From NCBI GenBank assembly GCA_040437565.1, contig JBDOQK010000008.1:310001-374000 (forward strand): a DNA stretch of 64,000 nt, given 5' to 3'. The number at the start of each line of letters is the position of its first letter. Position 1 is the stretch's first letter. This document shows, in pieces, positions 51,431-64,000 of this stretch. Made by a program: the position numbers and the translations under genes. The notes under the pieces are model-generated. The model did not search any database, had not been told where the DNA came from, and was given only the letters and a program-made list of their open reading frames with translations. This DNA comes from Albugo candida. Taxonomy: Eukaryota.

Positions 51431-54400
51431 TTCTTTCACATCGTAGTCACTGTGCGTAAATTGCGAAACGTGACGCAGCCGCATGGTCGATAGCGATGTC
51501 TCATCGGTAGATAATCTAAACATAGTCAATGAACTCGTCTGAATGAAAATATTTGAGTAACAAGTTGCATATCAAGTCCGCATAAACTTAAAAGCATTAT
51601 GCCATACGTTCGCATATTTATTCGCTATTTGCTGCTCATGCTACAGTATGAATGGTTGGTATGTGAATCCGGCAGTTTAAATCGGGAATCAGGCTCGAGC
51701 GCATTAATGTTTTGTAGCAAGAAATATCCGCTTATCTTCGCTTTTGACTTCTGAACTCTAAGTCACGGAGTTCGCCTCTGACATGATGCATTGCATCGTG
51801 CACTATCAGAAATGCGCCAATCAGCGTAGATAAATCAATCTAATGTATATCTTGACCAGGATTCAAATCATATTGATGTATTTGGGATGCAGGACATTGT
51901 TATCTGGGCTATTAGGGGCGCTTTATATTATGCCGATAACCAGACCACTTTTTCATATCAGAGATAGGCATTAGCTTGCTGAATGAAGATGGTCCGTGCT
52001 GTTTATGAAGATTTTATCGATTCTTGCTGACTAGTTCTGCCGATTTATACGCCGAAATGGAGCTTTGATCAAAAGTTTGTTTGTCTCATAATTAAGCCGA
52101 TATCCCAACAACAAGCGCACACATAGCACATAATTGTCTCAGTGTGCTGATAGTGCTCAGAGGGATTTGTTGAGATTAAATCCATTTCTATGAACGCGGA
52201 TAATATCAAAACATCTAGATCCCAACACAGTTCATCTATTGTTGTCGAAGCAATGCCGTCAAAGAGGCCTGGAAGCAAATCTCTCTATATTATGATTCAA
52301 ATTAGGGATAGTATGTCTCGATTTGCTCGTAATACCTTTTCGATCACCCTTTGATGCATTGTTGTTTCGACTTTCTTATATCCCAACATTCTTGCTCGGC
52401 AGAGGACTCATATGGTGAACGAACGACGACGCAATTTTGGAAATCGTTTGCTACAGCTTTCAAAATCCGCAGACTTCAAGACTTTTTTTTCTCGAGAAAG
52501 CGACATGGCCAACGAAAGAAGCAATCGTCGACCACTACTGAGAGATGGTCAGATCGGCTATGGCTGAAGAAAAGTTACTGAGTTGACTCTGCAATGAAGT
52601 CACTGGACCTTCTTACGTTCCATTTACCTTCCCGAATACACTGAAAATGTTGCGCGCCAAAAAGACCTTCGTATAAATATTAATCTATATCCAGCCACAA
52701 GAAGGAAATGTGGTGGTTGTATCCTCGAAATTCTGGCAAGTACTCGGCTGGTAATCATTTCGTCTTTGCGGGATGGAATGATTTTAACGTCTGATACCAA
52801 AAGAAGATTGGAATAGCGTATCCAGTCCAAGATTGGTCTCATAACTTGGATTCAACCAGCCGCGAGTTTAAGATCGTTTTATGTGGGAGTACAAAGCAAG
52901 GAAAGGAAGCATTTTTTCCATGTATCCCACGCTATCAACACTCACGTATCGTCTGAAAAACTCACGAGCCAACCAAGGTACACATCATGTCAGCACATTG
53001 GTCATCATGGGAGAGATCAGGCGAAACAGATAGAGCACGATATGAACACTTATGGATGCAACACGGCATCTTCGGAAACGTGTGTTATCGGTTTTCGCAA
53101 ATCTCTAGTTTCGTCTGGCCTTTCCCACAGATGGGACTGCAGCTACTTGCCGATCAACCTAAAAGCTTTGATGCCCGTTTCGGATGTTGCTAGTTCGATC
53201 TCGTTTTTGGTTTAAGGATATTCAGCCCTAAAAAATATTGTGCACGCAGCCTTCGTATCGGGCAGCGGAATCCAATCAAGATCTCTTTCTCGAGTGCGAC
53301 CAGAGCACAATTAAGGATGGATTTACCCCCTACTTGGGATCAGTTATTCTCATTCCGATCACCTTGGAAGCATACTGCGTGTGCAATTACGCCATCACTA
53401 CGGCCGACATGGAAAGAGTATCAGCAGATTAGATCCGATTCATGGCTTGCATTGCAAGCAATGCAGCGCAACTCGTCTGGAAAGATAGGAATCGTTGTTC
53501 GCTCGGTCAGCGATCAGCAACTGCGGCAATTCCAGCACTGTCCATTATAGACACAACGCAAATTCGGTACGTTCGAAGACAGTGTTACGATTAAGACGAA
53601 CGTATTCGGTTGCGTGCTGGATCAACTTCCAGCGCAATGATCATTCCGTCGATTTTTCAGAACCCGAAGATCAATGGTGCGGGTACACAACTGGGAAGTA
53701 GAAGTGCAAGTGCAACTACGATTCTAGTTTGCAAAACACGGTAGTTTTATAGTTTTTACACTCTGGACGCTCTCTCGTATTCTGGTGGTTTTGGGGCTAC
53801 CGCAATACAAGACTATCAGCGAGAAGACAGTATATCATCTCTCACAGGTATTTTCACGAAACGTTCCTTGCATGTATATTTCCTAGTTTAGATAGCCTCG
53901 GCAACTAGAGAAGTCAGTTAGTCTAATTATAGTAATGTAGATACCCTTCAAGTGAATGGATCGTTTAGAACAGTACAAGCCTTTAAAAATCAAGTTGTGG
54001 TATACAACCACACTGCCTTATGTGTACGGTCAATAGTATCAACACAAATTGTCTGTGTAAGGGTTACTAGATGTAATCATAACGAGGTCGTCATATACAT
54101 GCCTGACTCTTGATGTTCATCGAATGGATCTCGGGCAAAGCACTTCTCGTACTACTTCATTCATCTCACGATCCTCGCTTTATACAGGCTCACATGGTCA
54201 GGAGCTTAGCCATCGCGGATCAAGTTGTTTCTTACTATTTGTTGAAAGTTGACATTGATATAATATGCGCTGTGGAAAACTACTATTGAGAGAGATAGGC
54301 AAACTATAATGCCTATACGCCCACGGAACTCATAGTTGCAAAGCCTTGAATATCGGCAAAAAAATCGAGCAAGAGCTACGAAGGTTTGCCTGAAAGCATC

Positions 54401-54487
54401 CAGTAGAAATGCCACGAGAGATCAGTCGACAATATCCCATCATCGTGCTACTCTAACTCACAACTTCGGACAACGCAAAGACTTCCT

Positions 54488-55097
54488 GGCAAACAAAACT
54501 CTCATACAAGGAAGCATCCAATACTCACAGCTTATGTGATGTTGAGCGCCGTTGCCTAATAGCCTGAATGACGAATGTGATGATTCATTTGATCCTGCTA
54601 TACTCGTGTGCTCGTATCTCGTAGTGTATAAGATGTCTTAGCATAAAATGCTGATAAAGGGACACGACGTTCATCATACCCAGCACATGGGATAGAAGTT
54701 GTTTGCAACACCTTAACAACGCCCTTTGCGGTTGTATAGCAANNNNNNNNNNNNNNNNNNNNNNNNNNNNNNNNNNNNNNNNNNNNNNNNNNNNNNNNNN
54801 NNNNNNNNNNNNNNNNNNNNNNNNNNNNNNNNNNNNNNNNNNGGCAAACAAAACTCTCATACAAGGAAGCATCCAATACTCACAGCTTATGTGATGTTGA
54901 GCGCCGTTGCCTAATAGCCTGAATGACGAATGTGATGATTCATTTGATCCTGCTATACTCGTGTGCTCGTATCTCGTAGTGTATAAGATGTCTTAGCATA
55001 AAATGCTGATAAAGGGACACGACGTTCATCATACCCAGCACATGGGATAGAAGTTGTTTGCAACACCTTAACAACGCCCTTTGCGGTTGTATAGCAA
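54488..55097. repeat. Gap-flanking direct duplication (54488-54742 = 54843-55097)
   Basis: Identical 255 nt on both sides of a 100-N gap. Confidence 0.88.
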
Positions 55098-55934
55098 TGT
55101 CCGCTTGCTACGATGAAGTACGATTAGACTGTGACTGCGTTTCTATTTACGTATCACCGTATGTTCTATCATGAATGTTGTTTGTTTGCACTTGGACATC
55201 ACTAGAAACCACTGTTGGAACCCAAATTCCATTTGCACTCTAGGCAAGCAGCAGAGTGGCATAAATCTAACTCGTTATCGAAGACATCAGAGATGATTGC
55301 ACGACCGCAGCGACAATGAATGAAGACCTGTACCATTATTATGCGGAGAAAGTGCAGGATACAATGAATAACTGGGAAGTAATGGCCTAGGTAACAGCGA
55401 CAAAGTTGACATTCAAATTTGCAAACGAAGTCGTTACGAGCATCTGTTGGTAGCGTTTTCTGCCTGCATAAGGTGGTCTAATTGTGCGCTATGATTGTAG
55501 CATCCGCCAAGATCATCGATCCAACATGCAAAATTACTTCTTCCTTTAAATCACGTCAGATTAGGCTCAGCAGCCACCGGTATAACAATTACAAATAGCG
55601 CATGTGACAGCGTGTCAAAAAGGCGACGCAACTTATTGACTCACTTCGAACGAGCTAGTATTGTTGACTGTACGTGGGGGAGTCAACCACTGCCGGATTC
55701 ACATACCAACCATTCATACTGTAGCATGAGCAGCAAATAGCGAATAAATATGCGAACGTATGGCATAATGCTTTTAAGTTTATGCGGACTTGATATGCAA
55801 CTTGTTACTCAAATATTTTCATTCAGACGAGTTCATTGACTATGTTTAGATTATCTACCGATGAGACATCGCTATCGACCATGCGGCTGCGTCACGTTTC
55901 GCAATTTACGCACAGTGACTACGATGTGAAAGAA

Positions 55935-56007
55935 TATCAGTGGAGGGGATTGAACCCTCGATCTTAAGCGTGTTAAGCTTACGTCCTAACCACTAGACGA
56001 CACTGAC
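55935..56007 (-). tRNA. tRNA-Val(AAC), second copy
   Basis: Exact reverse complement of 51358-51430. Confidence 0.9.
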
Positions 56008-56127
56008 CGTTATAACTNNNNNNNNNNNNNNNNNNNNNNNNNNNNNNNNNNNNNNNNNNNNNNNNNNNNNNNNNNNNNNNNNNNNNNNNNNNNNNNNNNN
56101 NNNNNNNNNNNNNNNNNTGTAGTAAAA

Positions 56128-56200
56128 GCGCGGTTGGCGCAATGGATAGCGTATCAGACTTCGAATCTGGGGGTTGCGGGTTCGAGTCCCGCATCGCGTA
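56128..56200 (+). tRNA. tRNA-Arg(TCG), second copy
   Basis: Exact reverse complement of 51165-51237; anticodon TCG at 56161-56163. Confidence 0.92.
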
Positions 56201-56972
56201 CATTTTGCATGTTCAACACTATATCGTCCGTCCCCCAATCGCTTGCCCTGGGTACTTTGAATGCTACATATAACCTTCTCGACCGAGTTGTATGACATCG
56301 TAGTTGAACGGAACAAGGGGAATAGACCACAAACTGAAGTGCCATTCGGAGTACTTTTCTAGCGGTAATGCCCAATGACTTGCTTCGCTTGGTCGTATAA
56401 GTGCATTTTTTCCAGAGGACGATAGGATCGGTGGATGCTGCAATCCTGGGAGATAAAAGTCTTGGGAAAAGTATCTACCACCGCACTGGGAGCATTTCAT
56501 GTCCATGAGGACTTTTCTGTGAACTGCGGCCTATAATTTGAATTCAGCTTGTGCTAAAATCCGATTGTATATAGTCTCGTTTGGCAATAGTACTGTCGAC
56601 ATGACTTGATAGATCCCATCGATCTCGGTATCGGTAGGTCGACAAATTTGGGAAAAAGGATTGCGCAGACACTGGACCGTTTCGATGGTTCGATGAAATG
56701 AGCAAAGTGTTGAAGGCTTTCAGATTGCAGAGAATTTTCTTTACTGCTTGACTACGGCAGGTCAAATACTACTTTCAAGGTAGTTATTTTTGCTCCGTAT
56801 CACCAAAGCAAAAGGCATCGAGTTCTCAGAAAGCGCGAGCGAATCAACGCATGTACTGTAGCATTTGTGATTCCGTCCCTAACTATTCCACATGCATACA
56901 ATTTGACTAGATATTAATCCCCATATTTTATAGCCTTCCAAAAGCAATACTTAAAAGACGATAGCGAGCCAA

Positions 56973-59336
56973 ATGACAAAAACTGGTCTCACTAATGCTG
57001 ACTTTGCTCGACTTTTTTGCTCAGAAAACACAGGCAACATACCAAGTAAACCTGATCTAATAGAAATAAGCGAATCATCATTTCCTTTCCCAGAGGAAAA
57101 AGAGGAAGTCACTATTACACGAGATGACAATTGCATCAGACATGTTGACGATCCAAAAACGAGTAAGAAACAGATGAAGAAAGTGAAATCCTCAAAGAGG
57201 GGTGCTGTAAATGCTTCTTCAGCACATTTGGCAGACTGGGAAAAGCACACAAAAGGTTTTGGGAAGAAAATGCTGGAAAAAATGGGTTTCTCTGGCAGAC
57301 TTGGTAAAGATGAAAAGGGCGTTTCGAGTATCATAGAAGTTGTTCAGCGTCCTAAACAAGCGGGAATTGGTTTTGGCAAGACCAATGATCCAAGAGAAGC
57401 GAAAAGAAATCGAGTATCGCAAGAAGGAATCTATGACGACAACTCGCGTCCCAATAATGAAGGTGAAGTACCTACTGCTGATGACTCTATGTGGCGGAAA
57501 CGTAAACTCATAACAGATACAAAAAACAGAAAACGGTATCGAAGTGTTACGAATGTCCTACAAACGAGCTTTGCAGCGAGCTCCACATATTTGGAACGTA
57601 TTGTGGACATGCGAGGAACTCAGGTTCGACATTTCTCGGATATGGCTAGTGTTTGCAGGCATAGCAGCGAACAAGCGAAGATGGATGAATGCAAACTTGG
57701 AGAGGAACTAATTTACAATTTACAGCTTGTCGTAGATAGTGCTGGAAAAGATATTCAGTACCTGAGAAGAGCGGCAGATGAAGCCGAAGGAGAGGCGCTT
57801 AAGGCTGCAATTGAAGTGAATACGGTCTCATCCAAGCTTGAACAAGAAAAATGTCATCTAGTCAAGCTGGAAGGGTTTTTGTCTTCATTGCAGCAGACAG
57901 ATCGCGCATTAGACTTGCCTGCCGTGGAAACCATTTTCAGTGTGATGTCGAGCTTGCAAATAATCCGTAGCGATTTTCCGGACGAATTCGACGCTCATAA
58001 TCTATTTGATATTGTGCCCAGCCTCGTTATCCCATCATTGCAAGCTCAGCTTTCCGGAATTCAATTGTTGCGTGAGGATGATAACGATATGATTCTCGAA
58101 CAGATACGCTTACTGCACTCGTTCTTTATTGAAAATGAGTCTGTCGATTGCGACCCTATTCGGAACCCGGGGCATTGCTCATTGCCACGTAGAAGTAAGT
58201 TTCAATATGGGAAACTCAGTGCTCAAGGTGGTGCCATATATAATCATATTCTGGAAGAAACCCTGTGGACGGCTTCCTATCAGTGTATTACAATGCAATG
58301 GAATGTATTTGATCCGGAAGCATGTATATTATTTTACTCAAAATTTCGCCCTTATTTGACGGAAACGTTTGCTCAGGCGTTTCTGGGAAAGCTGATACTA
58401 CCACGGCTACGGAAAGCATGCCTACAATGGACCTGGAGCACAGACACACCGTCTGTATCTATTTATAATTGGGTGTCCCCATGGACCGAGCATCTCGATG
58501 CTCACATGGAAGTACTATATGTAGACATTCGAGTTGCACTGGGTAATGCTCTGAATCAGTGGCATCCTTCTGACGTATCCATGTTGCATCACGTGTTCCC
58601 TTGGAGAGAAGTTTGGGGCGAGGAGCAGTATAGCCGTTTCACCCACAGACATGTCATGCGTCGACTGATTCGGACGCTACATCGTGAATTTGACATCAAT
58701 CCGAAAAAGCAGTCACTTGATGTCCTGAAGTGGATTTTGGCTTGGAAAGAGCATTTACCGGATTATCAAAGTATCGCCTTTTTTGAAGGGGAATTTTTTC
58801 CTCGTTGGTTGCATGTACTTCGAAAATGGATTCTTGGAAAACCTAATCTCACAGAGATAGCACAATGGTACTCAGGTTGGAAACAATTCTTTATGAAACA
58901 GAAGCTGGCTACTGAACCTCGTCTTATGATTCACTTCCATGGGGCTTTATTCATGATTGAAAAGCTATATGAGAGTTCAGAAGAAGTGATACCGGTGCTA
59001 AATCAGATGGCACCGAAAAGCTACCAAGAAGCCATTGCTTGCGTAGATGACAGACGAGCCAAATCTTTCGAAGAAGCAAAGAGAAAGCGGGCTTTTCAGA
59101 AAAGAGCGAGTGGGTTATCCTGTAATCAGTCGAGTTCGGTTGGGCTGCGTGATGTCGTCGAGCACTTGGCGATCAATTACGACCTAGTTTTTAAACCGAA
59201 AGGAACGCATGACGGGCAACCAGTCTATTCCTTTGGATCTCATAATATCATCATTGAACAAGGCGTTGTGTTCGTCGACAAGGGTAAAGGCGATTTCGTC
59301 CCAATTGATGTAGAGAAGCTCGTCAATCAAAACTGA
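56973..59336 (+). CDS. TFIP11: Tuftelin-interacting protein 11 / NTR1 / Spp382 (G-patch + GCFC domain; spliceosome disassembly factor)
   Basis: 787-aa ORF. G-patch WEKHTKGFGKKMLEKMGF..GRLGK..GV...RPKQAGIGF, ELIYNLQLVV, and Trp-rich GCFC repeats LILPRL...QW, WVSPW, QWHPSD, FFPRWLHVLRKW, EIAQWYSGWK. Confidence 0.9.
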   Translation: MTKTGLTNADFARLFCSENTGNIPSKPDLIEISESSFPFPEEKEEVTITRDDNCIRHVDDPKTSKKQMKKVKSSKRGAVNASSAHLADWEKHTKGFGKKMLEKMGFSGRLGKDEKGVSSIIEVVQRPKQAGIGFGKTNDPREAKRNRVSQEGIYDDNSRPNNEGEVPTADDSMWRKRKLITDTKNRKRYRSVTNVLQTSFAASSTYLERIVDMRGTQVRHFSDMASVCRHSSEQAKMDECKLGEELIYNLQLVVDSAGKDIQYLRRAADEAEGEALKAAIEVNTVSSKLEQEKCHLVKLEGFLSSLQQTDRALDLPAVETIFSVMSSLQIIRSDFPDEFDAHNLFDIVPSLVIPSLQAQLSGIQLLREDDNDMILEQIRLLHSFFIENESVDCDPIRNPGHCSLPRRSKFQYGKLSAQGGAIYNHILEETLWTASYQCITMQWNVFDPEACILFYSKFRPYLTETFAQAFLGKLILPRLRKACLQWTWSTDTPSVSIYNWVSPWTEHLDAHMEVLYVDIRVALGNALNQWHPSDVSMLHHVFPWREVWGEEQYSRFTHRHVMRRLIRTLHREFDINPKKQSLDVLKWILAWKEHLPDYQSIAFFEGEFFPRWLHVLRKWILGKPNLTEIAQWYSGWKQFFMKQKLATEPRLMIHFHGALFMIEKLYESSEEVIPVLNQMAPKSYQEAIACVDDRRAKSFEEAKRKRAFQKRASGLSCNQSSSVGLRDVVEHLAINYDLVFKPKGTHDGQPVYSFGSHNIIIEQGVVFVDKGKGDFVPIDVEKLVNQN

Positions 59337-62100
59337 TGAATTTGTTGATGTGGCATCCGAACCCGTATTAATGATGGTTACAAATCGGAGCAAACCTTGA
59401 CTAGCTAAGATACGACTGGGCTTGAGCGAATAGACAATTAGTAGATAAACGTCATGATGAATGAAAATTCTCTACTTATATCGGTTTATACGACTCCTTT
59501 TGGAACAGAGAATGGAAGCAGTAGAAGCGTCACGCCGTGGCGAATTTATACGCTTTAATCACGTGTATGTATCTTTATAATCGCTGCGAGCTCTCTACCG
59601 CTCATCTCAATAGAATGATTTGCTAAGACTTTTCTCGTGAACTACTGAGTCTCTTACATACAAAAAAGAGTCTGTAGTGGTGAATTTGTGGGCACATGGT
59701 AATATACCCTAATAGAGTCTNNNNNNNNNNNNNNNNNNNNNNNNNNNNNNNNNNNNNNNNNNNNNNNNNNNNNNNNNNNNNNNNNNNNNNNNNNNNNNNN
59801 NNNNNNNNNNNNNNNNNNNNCTTTGATAGGTCCAAGTATAAGATACGGCAACTTCAAGATCCGGACTGTTATCATCAAGCTGCTGACCTCTTCCACAAGG
59901 GTAATTTGTATCCAGGCACAGCTGAAAAAGACAAGATTTACGGTGGGTAAATCTCCTCTTGCACTCATCTCCTATGCTGTATAAGTCCTTCGGTTTTGAT
60001 TGCATTTTCTACATCTTCGCTGCCGAGTTCTGATTGAGACAGATTTTGATTTATAGCGCCAGGTGATCGCTCTTTTGTTCACCGCACTGAGGGATCATCA
60101 GAAGCAAATTCTATCAAGCCACTCACCAGTTCAGCTGTTTTGTGTGAGTCTAATGTCGCACGGTGCTCAGCAACGATTTCGATGATGGATGATGAAGCAT
60201 TTGGCTTTTCAACTTGATTACATTGCTAACGGGGGAAGACAATGGAAGAAGTGGACTAAATTGCCACTGTTGATGCTACAGCTAAGATTTAGGAAGTTCG
60301 TGAGTGCGTGAAAGACTAAAGTTGCTGATAAATGGCCCAGACATATGCTCTGATTACAAACTTGGCATGAAATTGCCCATACAAGTCAAGTCAAGCCATT
60401 TCCTTCTCTCTTCACTAGGTCGCAGTATATTTCTGGTGCTTGGGAATTTGCCTTAATCTGCTGGATATCTGTGCAAATCCATGATTGAGGACTACTATCA
60501 TATTTATTTTTGATGTTTTGAAATGGAGGCACATTTCACTCGACGCTAGACAAAAATGGTCCTTTACTGGCTTCCAGGTGTTATTCGGATGGTCTAGATA
60601 TTTTCTGTCAAGCTCTACCACAAAGTTCTTCTATATCCTGTTTTTGAAGGGATCATTTGTGATGCTTCAAGTTCATTGCAATCTCTCTATCCGTGACCAA
60701 TGCTACAGGTGCACAAAGCAGAATGAATTAAGATATGTATAGATTTGACATATACGACAAGCAGAAGAGGTCAAACGTTGCTGTTGTAAGTCCGCAGTTC
60801 GAAATACAGCCTCGCTTCTCTCGTTAACACGGCACCCGTTTAGTGTATTATAAGAAGTCTGGCCTATCTAGCTACCGCTGCTTGTTATTCTGTAAATCCG
60901 CACCCTGCGATCCAACTGCAACGTACCCGGATCCGATCAAGACCGAGCACTGGCTGATTTTTCCCTTGCATTTTAGGAGAGAACATGTTTATGGCCAATT
61001 TGACGTGCGTGAAATGAGCATAGAAGAATCTTGTGGTGACTTAAATAAATAATGACACCAATATCCATGTGAAGTCAGTTTTTTCAAGTAGATAGCTATC
61101 GGTGCACGTCCGCTAGGCTTCCTTGATAGGAATGCAGCCTCAGCTGCATATGCTTAGGCTATTTGCGATAATATATGATTATTTCAATCAGCTCATCTGG
61201 TCCCTACTGTAAGGGTTGTCGCACATTCTAATTTCAGCTGGAAGTTTTCATCTCGTTGCCAGGATGCTTATTTCCTTTGCAGGTGGATGGCTGCGATGAT
61301 GTTCCGCAATCAAGATCATAGCTTTGCATAAGATTTCGAAAGGATAATCGGAAAGCCAAGTATGAGAACATCAGTTTTTTCATATCTCAGCCACAATCGA
61401 AAATGCTCACAAGTGCGTCTCTTGGATAAATAGTGGAATGAGTGAGGCGATGTAAGAGCCCTCCGGAGGAGGTAGCATACTTGATTGGGAGAGATGCCCA
61501 TGCAGTAGGTAGACCGTGGCCATCTCCTATAAATTGTGAACAAATAGTGGTTTCTTATTGTCTACTGCGGCTGGTTCGTCTCTCCGCTGATTTTTTAGCA
61601 ATAATAAATTGGTACTTACAATATTCGCAGTGTCATATCACACTCAGGCCGCAGCACTTACTTTCAACAGGTCAAGCTACAAACGCGATATCTGCGCTCT
61701 TCAAACCACGAATTAACGCAGGCTCTTTGATAATAATACAAACACCCGATGACAATTGGGTGTTGCTTTCATTCTGCGCGCGGAGAACTCGAGACCATAA
61801 TGGGATTGAACCCTAGCATCAAAGTCTACCGGTCCACCCAATCTATGTCGATCAACGTGCATTTCCCCCATTCGAAAAGACTTTCAACCGAAACAGAAAA
61901 GTTTATGACAATTTACAGCGCGCCAAATTATAGTATTCACGAGAGATGGGATATATGCAAACATCAATTTTTCTCTGATTCATAAAATTACACCTTCTCT
62001 TTGTACGCATAGTCGTTGATCAGTAGCAAAACACATAGAAATGGACGGTGACCATAAGTAGCGTTAACATCCTAGCATTAATATACAAAGTAGCTTTTCC

Positions 62101-62476
62101 AGCTGCCATTTTTACAATACAAGGATTCTACCTACTGTCGTTTGGCCACAAAATTTAGCAAGTGAGAAAGCGCCTGCATGATCAGAGTTGATAGTTCCAG
62201 TATTTGATTCGAATTAGTTTTTTATGATTGCCTACCTTNNNNNNNNNNNNNNNNNNNNNNNNNNNNNNNNNNNNNNNNNNNNNNNNNNNNNNNNNNNNNN
62301 NNNNNNNNNNNNNNNNNNNNNNNNNNNNNNNNNNNNNNAGCTGCCATTTTTACAATACAAGGATTCTACCTACTGTCGTTTGGCCACAAAATTTAGCAAG
62401 TGAGAAAGCGCCTGCATGATCAGAGTTGATAGTTCCAGTATTTGATTCGAATTAGTTTTTTATGATTGCCTACCTT
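62101..62476. repeat. Gap-flanking direct duplication (62101-62238 = 62339-62476)
   Basis: Identical 138 nt on both sides of a 100-N gap. Confidence 0.88.
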
Positions 62477-64000
62477 ACTTGCATCGCTCCAAGAATTGAT
62501 GGAGAAAAACACAGACCTACAGCATCTTATTGTTCTCCGCAATCACATAGCAGTAGTGAACTTCTTTAGTCCTTATTGCGCTGTAAAGCTCCTGATCAAA
62601 ATCTGGAATGATAGTAGCAGAAAGATTGCATTTACTCGTGGCCTCACAGGAAAAAATTCTTAAATAATTTGCTGAAGTTTGTAGATTACGATAATGAGTT
62701 ACCTTAATTCAATCCTTCCTAGAACGATTCCTTTTTAAGGTGCTGTGATAGTGAATACGTAGCATTCTCGCAAGGTGCTTATCAAATTGCGACATATCTT
62801 ACTCCGTTGATGTCCATCGAAACTACAATTAACCATGATGTCCTAGGAATGCAAGGTTCCACATTCAAATGGTAGTTAGCTTGAAGAGCGATAAAGTGTA
62901 TAATGTTCAAGCGAGGCCTTATTGATCTCCTTTCGGCACACGGTACTCGTACTTCGTAATGTAATCAGTAGCTAGCTGATCGTGGCTTGTGGTTGATGAA
63001 AACCGAAAAAGAGCATAAGAGTCTGCGGAACATGATGCTTCTAAGCGTCAACTAAACGAGTGCAAAAGGAGCAAAGGGACTTGGCTGGTGCAGAACACAT
63101 GCAAATGCGATGAGTGAGCGATGCACATGACCCGTATTGAGGACGATATGGACGATAAAAATGCTGTAGTTACCGTAACCTTCCTTGTGTGCGGATATCG
63201 TCATGAGAACTTTCGACTTGGGCGGCTCGGAACTATCGAAAACCTACTCTACTCCAGTTCTTATGTCGTACTTGCCAGTCGAATATCTTCATTCAGTTTA
63301 GTAAGCACAAAGCTAGCAATAGTAGAGTACGTGACTAAAGCAATCCAGACAGGGCACAAAACTAAGAGCGTTCATGTCAGTTTGATAAATTATCCGCTGC
63401 ATAATCAGACTGAAATGGGTATACAGAGATAGGTTACAGCGGCACTATGAGAATAGCTTATTTATGACTGAGCTATTATATAAACGCACAGAAAGAGAGA
63501 GCAGTGTGGGAGTAAGCTAAGGGTACGTCTAGAGTCGGTATCAAGATTGTTCGTCTTGTTTGTATTATGGGGTATTCTTTGTTTTTTTTGCGATAAATGG
63601 TGTGTATACGGAGTCAGTCAGACAAGCAGCAGGTGATCGCTTCTTGATACTAGAATTTACAGTGACTGGGTGGCTATAAAATATTCTAACCCTGCCCATC
63701 GTTGCTATATCTACTCTTTTGAGCCTCTGCGTACTATGTGCTGTGATAATTGCAAGTTGCTAAGCACATGCAAAATATACGTGCTTACATAATCGCAGAC
63801 ATCTTAGTAAGGGCAGATCTCATGAGTTTCTTCATAGCTCACACAATACAGCCAAATACATATTGAGTACGTGTTTCGATTGTATTTTTAGTATTGCTGC
63901 GCATAATTTTCCTGTTGTTGTCCACCTGGGAGATTCGCCAACTCTAATGGTTCAACTATGAAAATATGATCGTCCAGATCGTATTAATGTCCGCTCTACG

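Larger units (their letters stand above)
51016..51676 (+). repeat. Left arm of long inverted repeat carrying the tRNA-Arg/tRNA-Val pair
   Basis: From CCGAATGGCACTTC to GAATCCGGCAGT; reverse complement of 55689-56349, including an N gap at the equivalent position. Confidence 0.9.
55689..56349 (-). repeat. Right arm of long inverted repeat carrying the tRNA-Val/tRNA-Arg pair
   Basis: From ACTGCCGGATTC to GAAGTGCCATTCGG; no mismatch to the left arm found by eye. Confidence 0.9.

Noticed and set aside
7807-59336. Functional splicing cluster (UBL5 and TFIP11)
   Set aside because: The genes are 49 kb apart with unrelated genes between them; co-occurrence is likely coincidental.

Overview
Eukaryotic nuclear scaffold with twelve 100-N gaps. 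Compact gene spacing, 52-58 nt GT-AG introns, a flagellar SPEF1 gene, a FYVE-START fusion and an IPT/GCC giant point to an oomycete, plausibly Albugo-like; the taxon is inference only. Left part (0.5-17.6 kb): FYVE-TM-START lipid-transfer protein, kinase-less KA1-like/ARM protein, VMS1/ANKZF1, SPEF1, UBL5/HUB1, and a ~3,020-aa protein with N-myristoylation-like start, IQ, CLU, LamG and LRR modules. Centre (19.3-50.3 kb): seven ORFs join through three canonical introns and three gap-flanking overlaps into one frame-consistent ~9,300-aa membrane protein (3 N-terminal beta repeats, cadherin-like units, dozens of IPT/TIG repeats, GCC2/GCC3-type Cys repeats, about 9-11 TM helices, CxxC...CxxC tail). 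Its duplicated overlaps differ at roughly 3.5-7% of amino acids, while the other gap overlaps are essentially identical. Right part: a 661-nt inverted repeat (100-N gap included) whose arms each carry a divergent tRNA-Arg(TCG)/tRNA-Val(AAC) pair around a ~4-kb spacer without clear genes, then TFIP11/NTR1, then ~4.6 kb with no convincing gene. No CRISPR array, rRNA or intact transposon was seen. All domain calls are by-eye motif recognition, not database searches.
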